From an uncultured delta proteobacterium (GTDB lineage: Bacteria; Desulfobacterota; Binatia; Binatales; Binataceae), in NCBI GenBank assembly GCA_963773975.1, contig CAVZDJ010000011.1, forward strand, positions 114,548-178,547: 64,000 bases of DNA. The letters are read 5' to 3'. Numbering within the stretch: the stretch's first letter is position 1; every line of letters begins with the position of its first letter. Made by a program: the position numbers and the translations under genes. Positions 44,779 through 54,080 of the stretch are shown here, piece by piece. Under the pieces are notes generated by a model. That model made no database searches, was not told the origin of the DNA, and was given only the letters and a program-made list of their open reading frames with translations.

Positions 44779-45977
44779 GGCCACGCAAGCTGATGATGTT
44801 GGCGGTAGTGGTGGCGGCGCTCGCGACGCTTACGACTGCCGGTCCGGTTTTTGCCGCGGCCGCCAATGTGATCAACGCCAACGTCAACCTTGGCCTCAAC
44901 GGCCACGGCGCTAACCAGATCTTTGGTCACGTCACGGTCTGCACGCCCGGCACGAACAACTGTCAGACGATCGACGGCCTGCTGATCGACACCGGGTCAT
45001 ACGGGCTCAGGATCTTTTCGCAGGCGCTGACTGTGGCGCTCCCGGCGCAAAAGTCGGGGCCCGACGTGGTCAGCGAGTGCGAGTTTTTCGGCTCATCGAC
45101 CGCGTGGGGAAGGGTCGCGACGGCCGACGTGAAGCTGGGCGGCGAGCCCAGGATCGCAAATCTGCCGGTGCAAATCATCAATCCCAACTTCCCTTCGGTG
45201 GGGCATCGCCCCGCGGCCTGCAGCCAGATAGGCGCGGCAATAGACCGCAATCCGCAGCAGCTGAATTTCAACGGCATCCTGGGCGTCGGGCTATTCCAGT
45301 CCGATTGCCCGGCTTGCGTTTCCTCGACCTTCAGCAACGGCTACTACGCTTGTAGTTCGACCACCTGCACGCCGATCACGGAGCCGCTGGACCTGCAGGT
45401 GCAGAACCCGATCGCGCTGCTGCCGGTCGACAACAACGGCGTCTTGCTGAACCTGCCGCTGCCGCCGATTGACGGCGCTCAGTCGGCGACCGGACAGTTG
45501 ATCTTCGGGATCAATACCGAGACCAACAATCAGATTCCCGCCACCTTCAAGGTCTATACGGCCGACCCCGCGACGCTCACCTTCACGACGACTTTTCAGG
45601 GAAATCCAATCGACTTCAGCTTCATCGACAGCGGCTCCAACGGGTTTTTCTACGACAATCCAAGTCTGGCGCTGTGCTCCGGCTCGCCGCCTTCGTGGTA
45701 CTGCCCGGCGGCGCTGACCGCCCAGCAGGCGACCACCACCGGCTCCGACGGAATCAATTCGACGGTGGTGAACTTCGACATCGCCAGCGCGGACGATCTG
45801 TTCTCAACCTACAGCGCGGCATTCTTCGACCTGGGCGCGAACCTTGGCTCCGGGATCTTCGATTGGGGCCTGCCGTTTTTTTTCGGCCGCAAGGTGTTCG
45901 TCGGAATTGCGGGCAAGAACATCCCAGGCATAACAACCGAATCGACGCCGCTGTGGGCCTATAAGCCCCAGATGTAG
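44775..45977 (+). CDS. secreted DUF3443-like protein with pepsin-type DTG/DSG motifs (cassette copy 1)
   Basis: Signal peptide, 'LLIDTGSYGLRIF' (D72), 'FNGILGVGL', 'GQLIFGINT', 'FIDSGSNGFFYD' (D285). Confidence 0.65.
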   Translation: MRPRKLMMLAVVVAALATLTTAGPVFAAAANVINANVNLGLNGHGANQIFGHVTVCTPGTNNCQTIDGLLIDTGSYGLRIFSQALTVALPAQKSGPDVVSECEFFGSSTAWGRVATADVKLGGEPRIANLPVQIINPNFPSVGHRPAACSQIGAAIDRNPQQLNFNGILGVGLFQSDCPACVSSTFSNGYYACSSTTCTPITEPLDLQVQNPIALLPVDNNGVLLNLPLPPIDGAQSATGQLIFGINTETNNQIPATFKVYTADPATLTFTTTFQGNPIDFSFIDSGSNGFFYDNPSLALCSGSPPSWYCPAALTAQQATTTGSDGINSTVVNFDIASADDLFSTYSAAFFDLGANLGSGIFDWGLPFFFGRKVFVGIAGKNIPGITTESTPLWAYKPQM

Positions 45978-46863
45978 ATTCGGTGCCGGCCACGCCACGA
46001 ACTGGATGCTCAAAGCGGCATTGATCCGGACCGTCTCTAACGCGGCAGTCAGTTCATCGCGTTGACGAAGTCTTCGGCGGGCCCCCAGCGCGGGATCGGC
46101 TGGGGAATCGATCGAGGGACCGACCGCCGGACACGCGCGACCCATCTGAGATAGTCCAGCGCGCCAAATAGCGTTTCAATCCGCCTTAATAGCTTTCCGG
46201 AGAGTGCCGCCAGTTGGCGCCGTTACCGGAGGGGACGCAATCCGCGTGCTACGGGAACACGGCGAGCTTTGAATCGGAATCCGCATCGCTTCCATGATTT
46301 TTGTCTCCTGCCCGAAGACAGGGACAATCGCGATGCCACCGACGAAACAGTCAAACTTCAGCAATCGCGTAGTGATGTGCGTGCTGCTTCTGCGAATAAT
46401 CGCGAAACGCAATTCACGGCCAGCCGTAGATACAGCAGTCGAAGAGCCGTAACAGGTTCTTCACCGCACTGGCGTTGAGCGTCGGGATGATGGGGGCTAG
46501 TCTGACTGACCGGCGCCCCATCACATGGTCTCACCCGACGGCAGCCCGGCCTTTAGTTCAGGGAGGGCACGATGACTGCGGACAATAACCGTTTCAATCG
46601 TGAAGGTATCTTTCTCGACCGCGTCATCGCGTGCCCTGTGTGCGGTGAGAAAGCTCATTCGTTTCGGATCCGGCGGGTGATGAGCCTGCGCACTGTCGAT
46701 GGCGAGTTCTACCATCGGACAGCAACGTGTACCGGCTCGATGACCCCGGATATGCCGGCAGCGATGGATCTTTTGCGCCTGGTGGTTGAAAGCTCCGCCT
46801 AAGCGGGAGAGCTTTATGCAAAGCTCTGCTGAGCGGTGAGAAACCCGGGGGGGCGCCAGCAAG

Positions 46864-49365
46864 CTATCGCTGCCATAGGATCTCCGCCGCCTCCATCGGG
46901 ACGCCGACGCCGGGATGCGCCGGCACAATCCTCGCCGTGTAGTCGTTCACGGGCCGGCTCGACGGCACCTGAGCGGCGAAGCTAAATCCGCCGACCGTCC
47001 CGACCAGCGCCTCAGCGCGGGCCATCGGCTGGCGCAGGGGCGGGCCGCCGTTTTGAGAATTCGCGTACAACTCGACGCGCACCGCCGCCGGCTCGAGGTC
47101 ATCCAGGTAGACCTGGACGCGGAAATGATGAAAGTCGCCGACAGTTTCAACCTGGACGGAACCAAACTTGAGCCTGGTCCAGGGCTCCGCGACCGGCTTG
47201 CGCCATTGCACGATCTCTCGAGCCGACGCGCCTCGATCCGCTGCGCGCTTGCGATATGCGGCCGCGGCGGGCAGATAGTATTTCTCGGTGTATTCGCGCA
47301 CCGCGCGGTTGGCGGAAAACTCCGGCGTCAGGCGTGCCATGCTCTCGCGCTTGATCGCGATCCACTCGCGCGGCAGTCCGCCGGCGTCGCGACGGTAGAA
47401 TTTTGGAATGATCTCCCGCTCCAGAATGTCGTACAGCTGCTGAGCTTCGCTCGGATCGCGCGCGGGGTCATCGTGGGGTTCTTTTCCGTCACCAATCGCC
47501 CAGCCGACTTCCGGCCCGTAGGCTTCAGCCCACCAGCCGTCGAGGGTCGAAAGATTGATGCCGCCGTTGACGAGCACCTTCATTCCGCTAGTCCCACAGG
47601 CTTCCCAGGGCCGGCGAGGAGTGTTGATCCAGAGATCCACGCCCTCGACGATCCGTTCCGCCACAAGCATGTCGTAGTCGACCAGGAAGACCGCATGCTG
47701 ATGGATTTCGGGCCGCCGAATGAATTGGATCCATTGATGGATCATGTCCTTGCCGGCCTGATCCGCCGGATGCGCCTTGCCGGCGATCACCAACTGAACC
47801 GGATATTGGGGATTGGTGAGAATTCTCGCGAGCCGTTCCGGATCGTGAAGCAGAAGGTTGGGCCGTTTGTAGGTAGCGAACCGCCGCGCAAAACCAATCG
47901 TGAGCGCGTTGGGGTCGAACATGGTTTTTGCGCGTTGGATTTCGCCGCTCAGCGCCCCATAAGCCGCCATCTGAGCCTGGGACCGCAGCCGCACAAACCG
48001 CACCAGCTCCTGGCAGTTGTTGATTCGCAGCTCCCACAACGCTTCGTCGCTGACCGCCCTGATTTTTTCGGCAACTTTCTCCATAGTGCCGAGCCATCGA
48101 TCCTTGCCGCAGGCCTCGGTCCAGAGCCGGTTGGCGAATTCGGAGTCCCAGCTCGCCATATGCACTCCGTTGGTGACGCTACCGATGGGAATCTCGTCGA
48201 CGGGCCATCGCGGGAAAAGCGGCCCAAAGATCGATCGGCTGACCTCGCCGTGGAGCTTGCTGACGCCGTTGATCGCGCCCGCGCCGCGAACCGCCAGATA
48301 CGCCATATTGAATGGCTCGTCGGCATCGTCGGGATTGGCCCGGCCGAGCGCCATCAATTCCTTCACGCTGATGTGCAGGCGCTCGACCGCGTACCGCGCG
48401 AGGTAAAGCTGCATGAGCACGGGCGAGAATCGGTCAAAGCCGGCAGCGACCGGAGTATGTGTCGTGAACAGATTGCCGGCGCGCGTGGCGGCGAGCGCGA
48501 CGTCAAAGGGCTGGTCGTTTTCATTCATGAACGATAGCGCGCGCTCCAAAACCGCGAACGCCGCATGCCCTTCATTCAAATGGCAGACTTCAGGATTGTG
48601 TCCGAGTCTCCGCAGCAGGCGCCAGCCGCCGATCCCCAGCACGAGTTCCTGCTGTAGCCGCAGCTCGGGACCGCCACCATAGAGTTCGCTCGTGATCCCG
48701 CGATGCATCGGCATGTTGCCGGGGTCGTTGCTGTCGAGCAGATAGAGTTTGAGGCGGCCGACCCTGGCTTCCCATACGCGAAGCCGCAGGTTGTAACCGG
48801 GAAGGTCCAATTCGACGCGCATTAATTCGCCGTCTGAATCGCGTACGGCCGTGATCGGCAGCCAGGAAGGCGGGTTGTACGGGAACAGGTCGCGCTGTTG
48901 CCCGTCATGGCCGATTGCCTGCCGGGAGTAGCCCTGCTGATAGAGCAAGCCGACCCCCACGATCGGCACCCCCAGGTCACCGCCCGCCTTGAGTTGATCG
49001 CCTGCGACGTTGCCCAGACCGCCCGAATAAATTGGCAGCGCCTCGCTCAGGCCGAACTCCATGCTGAAGTACCCAACGTAATTGAGCGCTGAACCGGGAT
49101 GAGTCCTCTGGAACCATCCTGGTGATTGCGCGGCTTTGCGCCGTTCCCCGATGAGTTGCTCGACGCGACGCCGTAAGTCCGCGTCCTCGGCCATCGACTT
49201 CAGCATCGTGTACGACGCTTGTTGCAGCATCAGCCAGGGGTTGCGGGTGATCCTCCATACTTCAGGGTCGATCTGCCGCCAAACGTCGTCGCTGTAGCGG
49301 TTCCAGGTTAACCCGAGGTCGAGTGCCAGTTCATACAGCAGGTCAATGATTGGTTCCGATTCCAC
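46864..49365 (-). CDS. glgP: alpha-glucan phosphorylase (GT35, GlgP family with DUF3417-type N-terminus)
   Basis: 'SMEFGLSEALPIYSGGLGNVAGD', 'FTTHTPV', PLP-Lys 'NGVSKLHG', 'GKAHPAD', 'EACGTSGMK'. GTG start. Confidence 0.9.
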   Translation of the reverse strand: MESEPIIDLLYELALDLGLTWNRYSDDVWRQIDPEVWRITRNPWLMLQQASYTMLKSMAEDADLRRRVEQLIGERRKAAQSPGWFQRTHPGSALNYVGYFSMEFGLSEALPIYSGGLGNVAGDQLKAGGDLGVPIVGVGLLYQQGYSRQAIGHDGQQRDLFPYNPPSWLPITAVRDSDGELMRVELDLPGYNLRLRVWEARVGRLKLYLLDSNDPGNMPMHRGITSELYGGGPELRLQQELVLGIGGWRLLRRLGHNPEVCHLNEGHAAFAVLERALSFMNENDQPFDVALAATRAGNLFTTHTPVAAGFDRFSPVLMQLYLARYAVERLHISVKELMALGRANPDDADEPFNMAYLAVRGAGAINGVSKLHGEVSRSIFGPLFPRWPVDEIPIGSVTNGVHMASWDSEFANRLWTEACGKDRWLGTMEKVAEKIRAVSDEALWELRINNCQELVRFVRLRSQAQMAAYGALSGEIQRAKTMFDPNALTIGFARRFATYKRPNLLLHDPERLARILTNPQYPVQLVIAGKAHPADQAGKDMIHQWIQFIRRPEIHQHAVFLVDYDMLVAERIVEGVDLWINTPRRPWEACGTSGMKVLVNGGINLSTLDGWWAEAYGPEVGWAIGDGKEPHDDPARDPSEAQQLYDILEREIIPKFYRRDAGGLPREWIAIKRESMARLTPEFSANRAVREYTEKYYLPAAAAYRKRAADRGASAREIVQWRKPVAEPWTRLKFGSVQVETVGDFHHFRVQVYLDDLEPAAVRVELYANSQNGGPPLRQPMARAEALVGTVGGFSFAAQVPSSRPVNDYTARIVPAHPGVGVPMEAAEILWQR

Positions 49366-49412
49366 TTTTCCACTTTTTCACTTTTTCACTTCTTTACTTC
49401 TTCGCTTCTTCG
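49362..49412. repeat. tandem GTGAAAA(A)/GAAGAAG purine-rich short repeats abutting the glgP GTG start
   Basis: The reverse complement reads cgaagaagcgaagaagtaaagaaGTGAAAAAGTGAAAAAGTGGAAAAGTGg. A related array gtgaaacgtgaaaagtgaaacgtgaaaaag lies at 35380-35409. Confidence 0.8.
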
Positions 49413-49511
49413 TCAGGGAAGACACGCTCCTAAAATCGGCGTGGCACGCATCCTTATACTTGCCCGCATATCCATACGCGCAGGCAATTTCGCAAGTGTT
49501 ACGCGACCATC

Positions 49512-49541
49512 AGATGAAGCATCGCGAGATGAAGCATCGCG
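49512..49541. repeat. perfect 15-bp tandem duplication AGATGAAGCATCGCG x2
   Basis: Read directly, in the glgP-czcA intergenic region. Confidence 0.9.
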
Positions 49542-49690
49542 TCCCCCCGGTCCCCAGCCGAGTTGTCGGTCGTGACTTTTACCCCTCGCTTTTTCGCACT
49601 TCACCGTCCTCGATGGCGCTAGCCGGCTTGCTTAATTCCTCTGGCCGGCGGTCAGCCGATGAAATTGAACCTTTGCGCCGATCACCGACG

Positions 49691-52600
49691 CTATACGACA
49701 TTGGGTATTGGCGCTTCCGGGCGTTCGCCCTCATCGCTCAGACCGAGCTGGTTGTGAAAAAGGTAAACCAGCGTTGGGTGAAATACCCGAGTCAAGAGCG
49801 CGATAGATATAGCGCCTCCGATGACGACGATAGCCAGTGGCCGCTGAGTCTGCGCTCCGATACGGGTGGAAAGCGCGGCGGGCAGGAGTCCCAAGCCGTC
49901 GACCAACGCGGTCATCATCAGCGCTCGGAAGCGGCGATCGGCGCCCATGACAATTGAATCAACCACGGTATGACCTTGCTTCCATAGCTGGTGGATGTAG
50001 AAGTTCAACAATATGCCGTCCATGATGGCGATGGCGAAAATGGAAATAAAACCCACCGCGGCCGAGACACTAAAGGGTGTGCCTGTCACCACCAGCGCCA
50101 ACACGCCGCCCAGACAAGCAAGCGGCACCTGCGTCATCAATATAAGGGTATTAACTACCGATAAAGTTGCGGAGTACAGGATGCCCATGATCAAGAGCAG
50201 TGCCAACGGTATGACGATTGCGAGGCGCCGGTTGGCTTGCTGAAGCTCGTTGTATTCGCCCATCCAATCGAGACGGACGCCTTCAGGCAACTTGATTTGC
50301 TTGGCCACGGCACGCTTGGCGTCTTCGACGGTGCTCTGCATGTCACGGCCACGCACGCTAAAGCGCATCGGTACGTAGCGCTGGAGGCCCTCGCGGTAGA
50401 TAAACGAAGCGCCTTCCACGGTCTTGATGTCAGCTACTTGATCGAGTTGGACATAGCCGCCCGAGGGTTGCGCGATTCTGATCTGGCGAATCGCATTCAA
50501 GCTTTGGCGGTATTTCGGCTGCCAACGGACCATGAGATTGAAGACCCGTTCGCCCTGAAGCACCTGGGTTACCGCCTGACCGCCGATCGCCGCCGTCACC
50601 ACGCCGTTGACGTCGCCGACGTTCAATCCGTATCGAGAGCAAGCCGCGCGGTTGGGTGTGATTATCAGGTTGGGCTGCCCCATCGAGCGATATACTGCCA
50701 AATCGGCCATCCCCGGCACTCCGCTGACCACCTCTTTTATCCGGTTGGCGATCCCTTCATCAACGCTTAAATCGGGGCCGTAGACCTTAATCGCGTTAAC
50801 TCCTTTAACGCCCGACAAAGCTTCCTCGACGTTGTCTTCGATGTTTTGAGAGAAGCCGAAATTCACGCCCGGAAAATGCGCGTTCAACTGAGCCGCGATC
50901 TGCGTGACGAGTCCATCCTTGGTCAGGCCGCGCGGCCATTGGTCCTGCGGTTTCAGATCGACCGAGAACTCGAGGTTGAAAAATCCGGTAGTATCCGATC
51001 CATCGTCGGGCCGCCCGGTTTGGGAGACTACCGTGGTTACTTCCGGAAAGGACTGGAAAACTCGCCGCACGCCACCGGCAACCTCGTCGGCATTGGACAA
51101 CGAGGTCGTCAGCGGCAACGTCGCACGAGCCCAGATGTTCCCCTCTTCGAGCTTGGGTAAGAACTCACCGCCGAGGCGGCCAAACTGCGATAGTCCGGCG
51201 ACCATTATCAAAACAATTATTGCCAGCGTCAGTTTGGGCCAGCGCATGACCCTGACGAAAAGATTGTGGTAGAAACGATGAAACGCTTCCCAGACAAAGT
51301 TGTGTGTCTCCCTCATCCCTTTGTGCAGTAAAAAAGAGGTCAGCACGGGAGTGAGTGTCACAGCCAGCAGGATTGCGCTGATCAGTGCAAACGAGTAGGT
51401 GTGCGACATCGGTGAGAAGATTACGCCTTCGACACCTTTCATCGTGAAGAGGGGCAGAAAGGCAACGATAAAGATCAACGTCGAGTAGAACATCGGGCCG
51501 CCCACCTCGGAGGAGGCCCGCTTAATGCAGATTAAGCTACTCTCATTTGGATTCTCGGCGGAGGAAAGATGCCGATAGATGTTCTCGATAACTATGATCG
51601 TCGAGTCGATAATGATGCCGAAGTCCACCGCACCAAGAGAAAGGAGATTTGCCGGCGTCCCGGTGAGATAGAGCAAAATGAAAGCCCCAAACATCGCCAG
51701 CGGAATATTGATCGCCGCGATGATGGCGGTGCGCAGATTGCCAAGGAAGAACATGAGCACCAGAAAGACCAGCAACATTCCCAATGAGAGATTTTCGAAC
51801 ACGGTGTGGAGAGTGGTGTAAACCAGGCCCCTGCGATCATAGTACGGGACCACCTTGTACCCCTTGGGAAGCATGCCGGAGGTGTTGAGTTGCGCGGCCT
51901 TGGCCTCGACGCCGTCGAGAGTTTTGAGAGTATCGCCATACTTGCGCATCAGCACGATCCCCTCGACTACTTCATCGCGGTCGTTCATGCCCACAATTCC
52001 AAGCCGTGGGGCGTAGCCCACCGACACATCCGCCAACTCGCGGACCCGTACCGGCGTCGCGTTGCTGGTATTGAGCGTGATGTCTTCGATATCGTCCAGA
52101 CTGTGGATAAATCCGATACCACGCACATCCAGCGCTTGCTCGCCCACGTCAAGGTAGCTGCCGCCGACGTTGATGTTGGCATTCGCGATCGCTGCTGTCA
52201 GAGTCGGCAGTGAAATCTGGTAGTGAGTCAGCTTGTCCGAATCGACGTCGACGTGGTATTCCTTGGTCAAGCCGCCGAAACCTTCCACGTCCTCGATCCC
52301 CGAAACAGTCTTGAATTGCTTTTCGAGTATCCAGTCCTCAACCTCTTTTTCCTCCATGAGATTGTGATCAGGACTTTGAACCGTGTAGCGGTAGATCTCG
52401 CCAATCGGATTGTCGGGGTTGATGCCAGGAACAATACCTGCGGGCAAGGGAAGGGTTATGAGTCCGAGCCGGTTAAGAACGTCAGTCCGATCCCAGTAGT
52501 AGTCGCTGTCCCAGCTGAAGTACAATTTAACGTCTGATAGACCGAAAAGGGAGATGGTACGTATCGCCTCGAGGTTGCGCATTCCCGCCAGACCCCATTC

Positions 52601-52807
52601 GAGCGGGATAGTGGCCAGCTTTTCAACCTCTTCGGCGCTATATCCAAAGGGCTGAGTAGTAAGCTCTATCCTTGGTTGTACCGGATCGGGATAAGCCTCA
52701 ATATCCATTTCATGAAATGCATAGAGCCCGGCGACTATAAGGAGCAGTGCAAGCCCCACAACAATCGGGCGCTCGCTAAGCGCCCAGTCCATCAAAGTCT
52801 TGATCAT
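49691..52807 (-). CDS. czcA: heavy-metal efflux RND pump, CzcA-type (HME family)
   Basis: 1038 aa. The TM4 motif 'LGAVDFGIIIDSTIIVIEN' matches the divalent-cation HME signature (DFG.I.D.....VEN) rather than the CusA type. Confidence 0.9.
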   Translation of the reverse strand: MIKTLMDWALSERPIVVGLALLLIVAGLYAFHEMDIEAYPDPVQPRIELTTQPFGYSAEEVEKLATIPLEWGLAGMRNLEAIRTISLFGLSDVKLYFSWDSDYYWDRTDVLNRLGLITLPLPAGIVPGINPDNPIGEIYRYTVQSPDHNLMEEKEVEDWILEKQFKTVSGIEDVEGFGGLTKEYHVDVDSDKLTHYQISLPTLTAAIANANINVGGSYLDVGEQALDVRGIGFIHSLDDIEDITLNTSNATPVRVRELADVSVGYAPRLGIVGMNDRDEVVEGIVLMRKYGDTLKTLDGVEAKAAQLNTSGMLPKGYKVVPYYDRRGLVYTTLHTVFENLSLGMLLVFLVLMFFLGNLRTAIIAAINIPLAMFGAFILLYLTGTPANLLSLGAVDFGIIIDSTIIVIENIYRHLSSAENPNESSLICIKRASSEVGGPMFYSTLIFIVAFLPLFTMKGVEGVIFSPMSHTYSFALISAILLAVTLTPVLTSFLLHKGMRETHNFVWEAFHRFYHNLFVRVMRWPKLTLAIIVLIMVAGLSQFGRLGGEFLPKLEEGNIWARATLPLTTSLSNADEVAGGVRRVFQSFPEVTTVVSQTGRPDDGSDTTGFFNLEFSVDLKPQDQWPRGLTKDGLVTQIAAQLNAHFPGVNFGFSQNIEDNVEEALSGVKGVNAIKVYGPDLSVDEGIANRIKEVVSGVPGMADLAVYRSMGQPNLIITPNRAACSRYGLNVGDVNGVVTAAIGGQAVTQVLQGERVFNLMVRWQPKYRQSLNAIRQIRIAQPSGGYVQLDQVADIKTVEGASFIYREGLQRYVPMRFSVRGRDMQSTVEDAKRAVAKQIKLPEGVRLDWMGEYNELQQANRRLAIVIPLALLLIMGILYSATLSVVNTLILMTQVPLACLGGVLALVVTGTPFSVSAAVGFISIFAIAIMDGILLNFYIHQLWKQGHTVVDSIVMGADRRFRALMMTALVDGLGLLPAALSTRIGAQTQRPLAIVVIGGAISIALLTRVFHPTLVYLFHNQLGLSDEGERPEAPIPNVV

Positions 52808-52819
52808 ATCTGTTCACTC

Positions 52820-53959
52820 CTACGAGCTCTCTCCGTGCACCTCGCGCCAGAGGGCGTTTAGCTGAAGCGATTTACGGGTTATAACGCGCTCGCCGGATTT
52901 GAGCCCTGACACCACACGGGCGTAGCCCTGATCGTTCCACGTGGCAATTTGGACACTGCGCCGCTCAACCGTGTGGGCGCCGGTTTGGACGAAGGCGTAG
53001 TAATCGTGGCCGTCGAAAACCAGGGCTGTCTGCGGCACAACCAGAGCCGCACCGGGGCGGGTCACGATCCGCACCCGCGCCAACATCTGCGGTTTAAGTT
53101 TTTCGCCGGGGTTCTGAAGCAGACAGAGAAGCTGAAGTGTGTGGACGTTGGGATCGAGGTTGGGGCTGATTCGGTTGACCACTCCCTTGAAGGTCTCATC
53201 CGGGTAAGCGAGTGTAACGGCCTCTAAACTCTGCCCGGTATGGACCCGTGACAGGTCATCTTCATAAATGTCAACGGTAATCCATACCCGCTGTAGCGTG
53301 GCCAGCGAGAAGAGTTGGTCACCCGGGTTGACCTGTGCGCCGCGCAAAGCGAGTTTGCTCACCACAATTCCGCTGATCGGCGCCCGCATCCAGCGCAACG
53401 GCGTGGCTTGCTTGATGGCCGCAATGTCGGCGGGCTCGAGGCCGAGCAATTCGAGTTTTTTGATCGCTGCCGTCTTCAGGTCAGCGGTCATATCGTAGGT
53501 GCCGGCCGGTATCTCCGGGCCTGTTATTCGCGGGGGGGCGGAGATGGCCTCGAGATATTCGGCCTCCGCGGTCATGAAATCAGGGCTGTAAAGTGAGAGG
53601 ATATACTCGCTGGCGCGTACCGTGTCCCATTGCGAGACTTTGATGTCCTCGAGCCGTCCACTGACCCGCGAGATTATCGTTGAGACCAGGCGATCATCGA
53701 AATTCACCTGACCAACCGCCTCGAGTATTGCCGGCAAGGCAACGACCTGGACGCTACCAATAGACAGGCCTTCGATCTGGGAGAGATTGACCGTCATCCA
53801 CTCCTGGCCGCTCGGTTGGTGCACCAATTGCGGCACGCCGGCGGATGATGGAGCGTCTGCCGCGGCCCGGCTCACCGGACTGTCGCATCCACAGAGCAGG
53901 CACAAAAGGAGCGCTGGCGCTAATAAATTAAGGTTAAAAGTTCTAAACGCCGTCATCAT
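52820..53959 (-). CDS. RND periplasmic adaptor lipoprotein (MFP), pump-proximal copy
   Basis: Lipobox 'LLCGCDSP'. HlyD-type 'RAPISGIVVSK...VNPGDQLFSLATL..VWITVDIYEDD'. Confidence 0.85.
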   Translation of the reverse strand: MMTAFRTFNLNLLAPALLLCLLCGCDSPVSRAAADAPSSAGVPQLVHQPSGQEWMTVNLSQIEGLSIGSVQVVALPAILEAVGQVNFDDRLVSTIISRVSGRLEDIKVSQWDTVRASEYILSLYSPDFMTAEAEYLEAISAPPRITGPEIPAGTYDMTADLKTAAIKKLELLGLEPADIAAIKQATPLRWMRAPISGIVVSKLALRGAQVNPGDQLFSLATLQRVWITVDIYEDDLSRVHTGQSLEAVTLAYPDETFKGVVNRISPNLDPNVHTLQLLCLLQNPGEKLKPQMLARVRIVTRPGAALVVPQTALVFDGHDYYAFVQTGAHTVERRSVQIATWNDQGYARVVSGLKSGERVITRKSLQLNALWREVHGESS

Positions 53960-54080
53960 TTTTTCACGACCCTCCAGGGGTCTGCTCAAGTGCAACCTCG
54001 GGCGCCAAAAACGGTCCACCAGGTGGAGACCAAAAACTGGTCCACCGGGTGGAGATAAGCTCTGCGCACTTCGAAGTCTC

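Noticed and set aside
46572-46802. 76-aa ORF with 'CPVCGEK' in the lower-GC spacer before glgP
   Set aside because: There is only one CxxC pair, no SD, poor coding signal, and overlapping ORFs on the other strand of equal quality. It cannot be supported.
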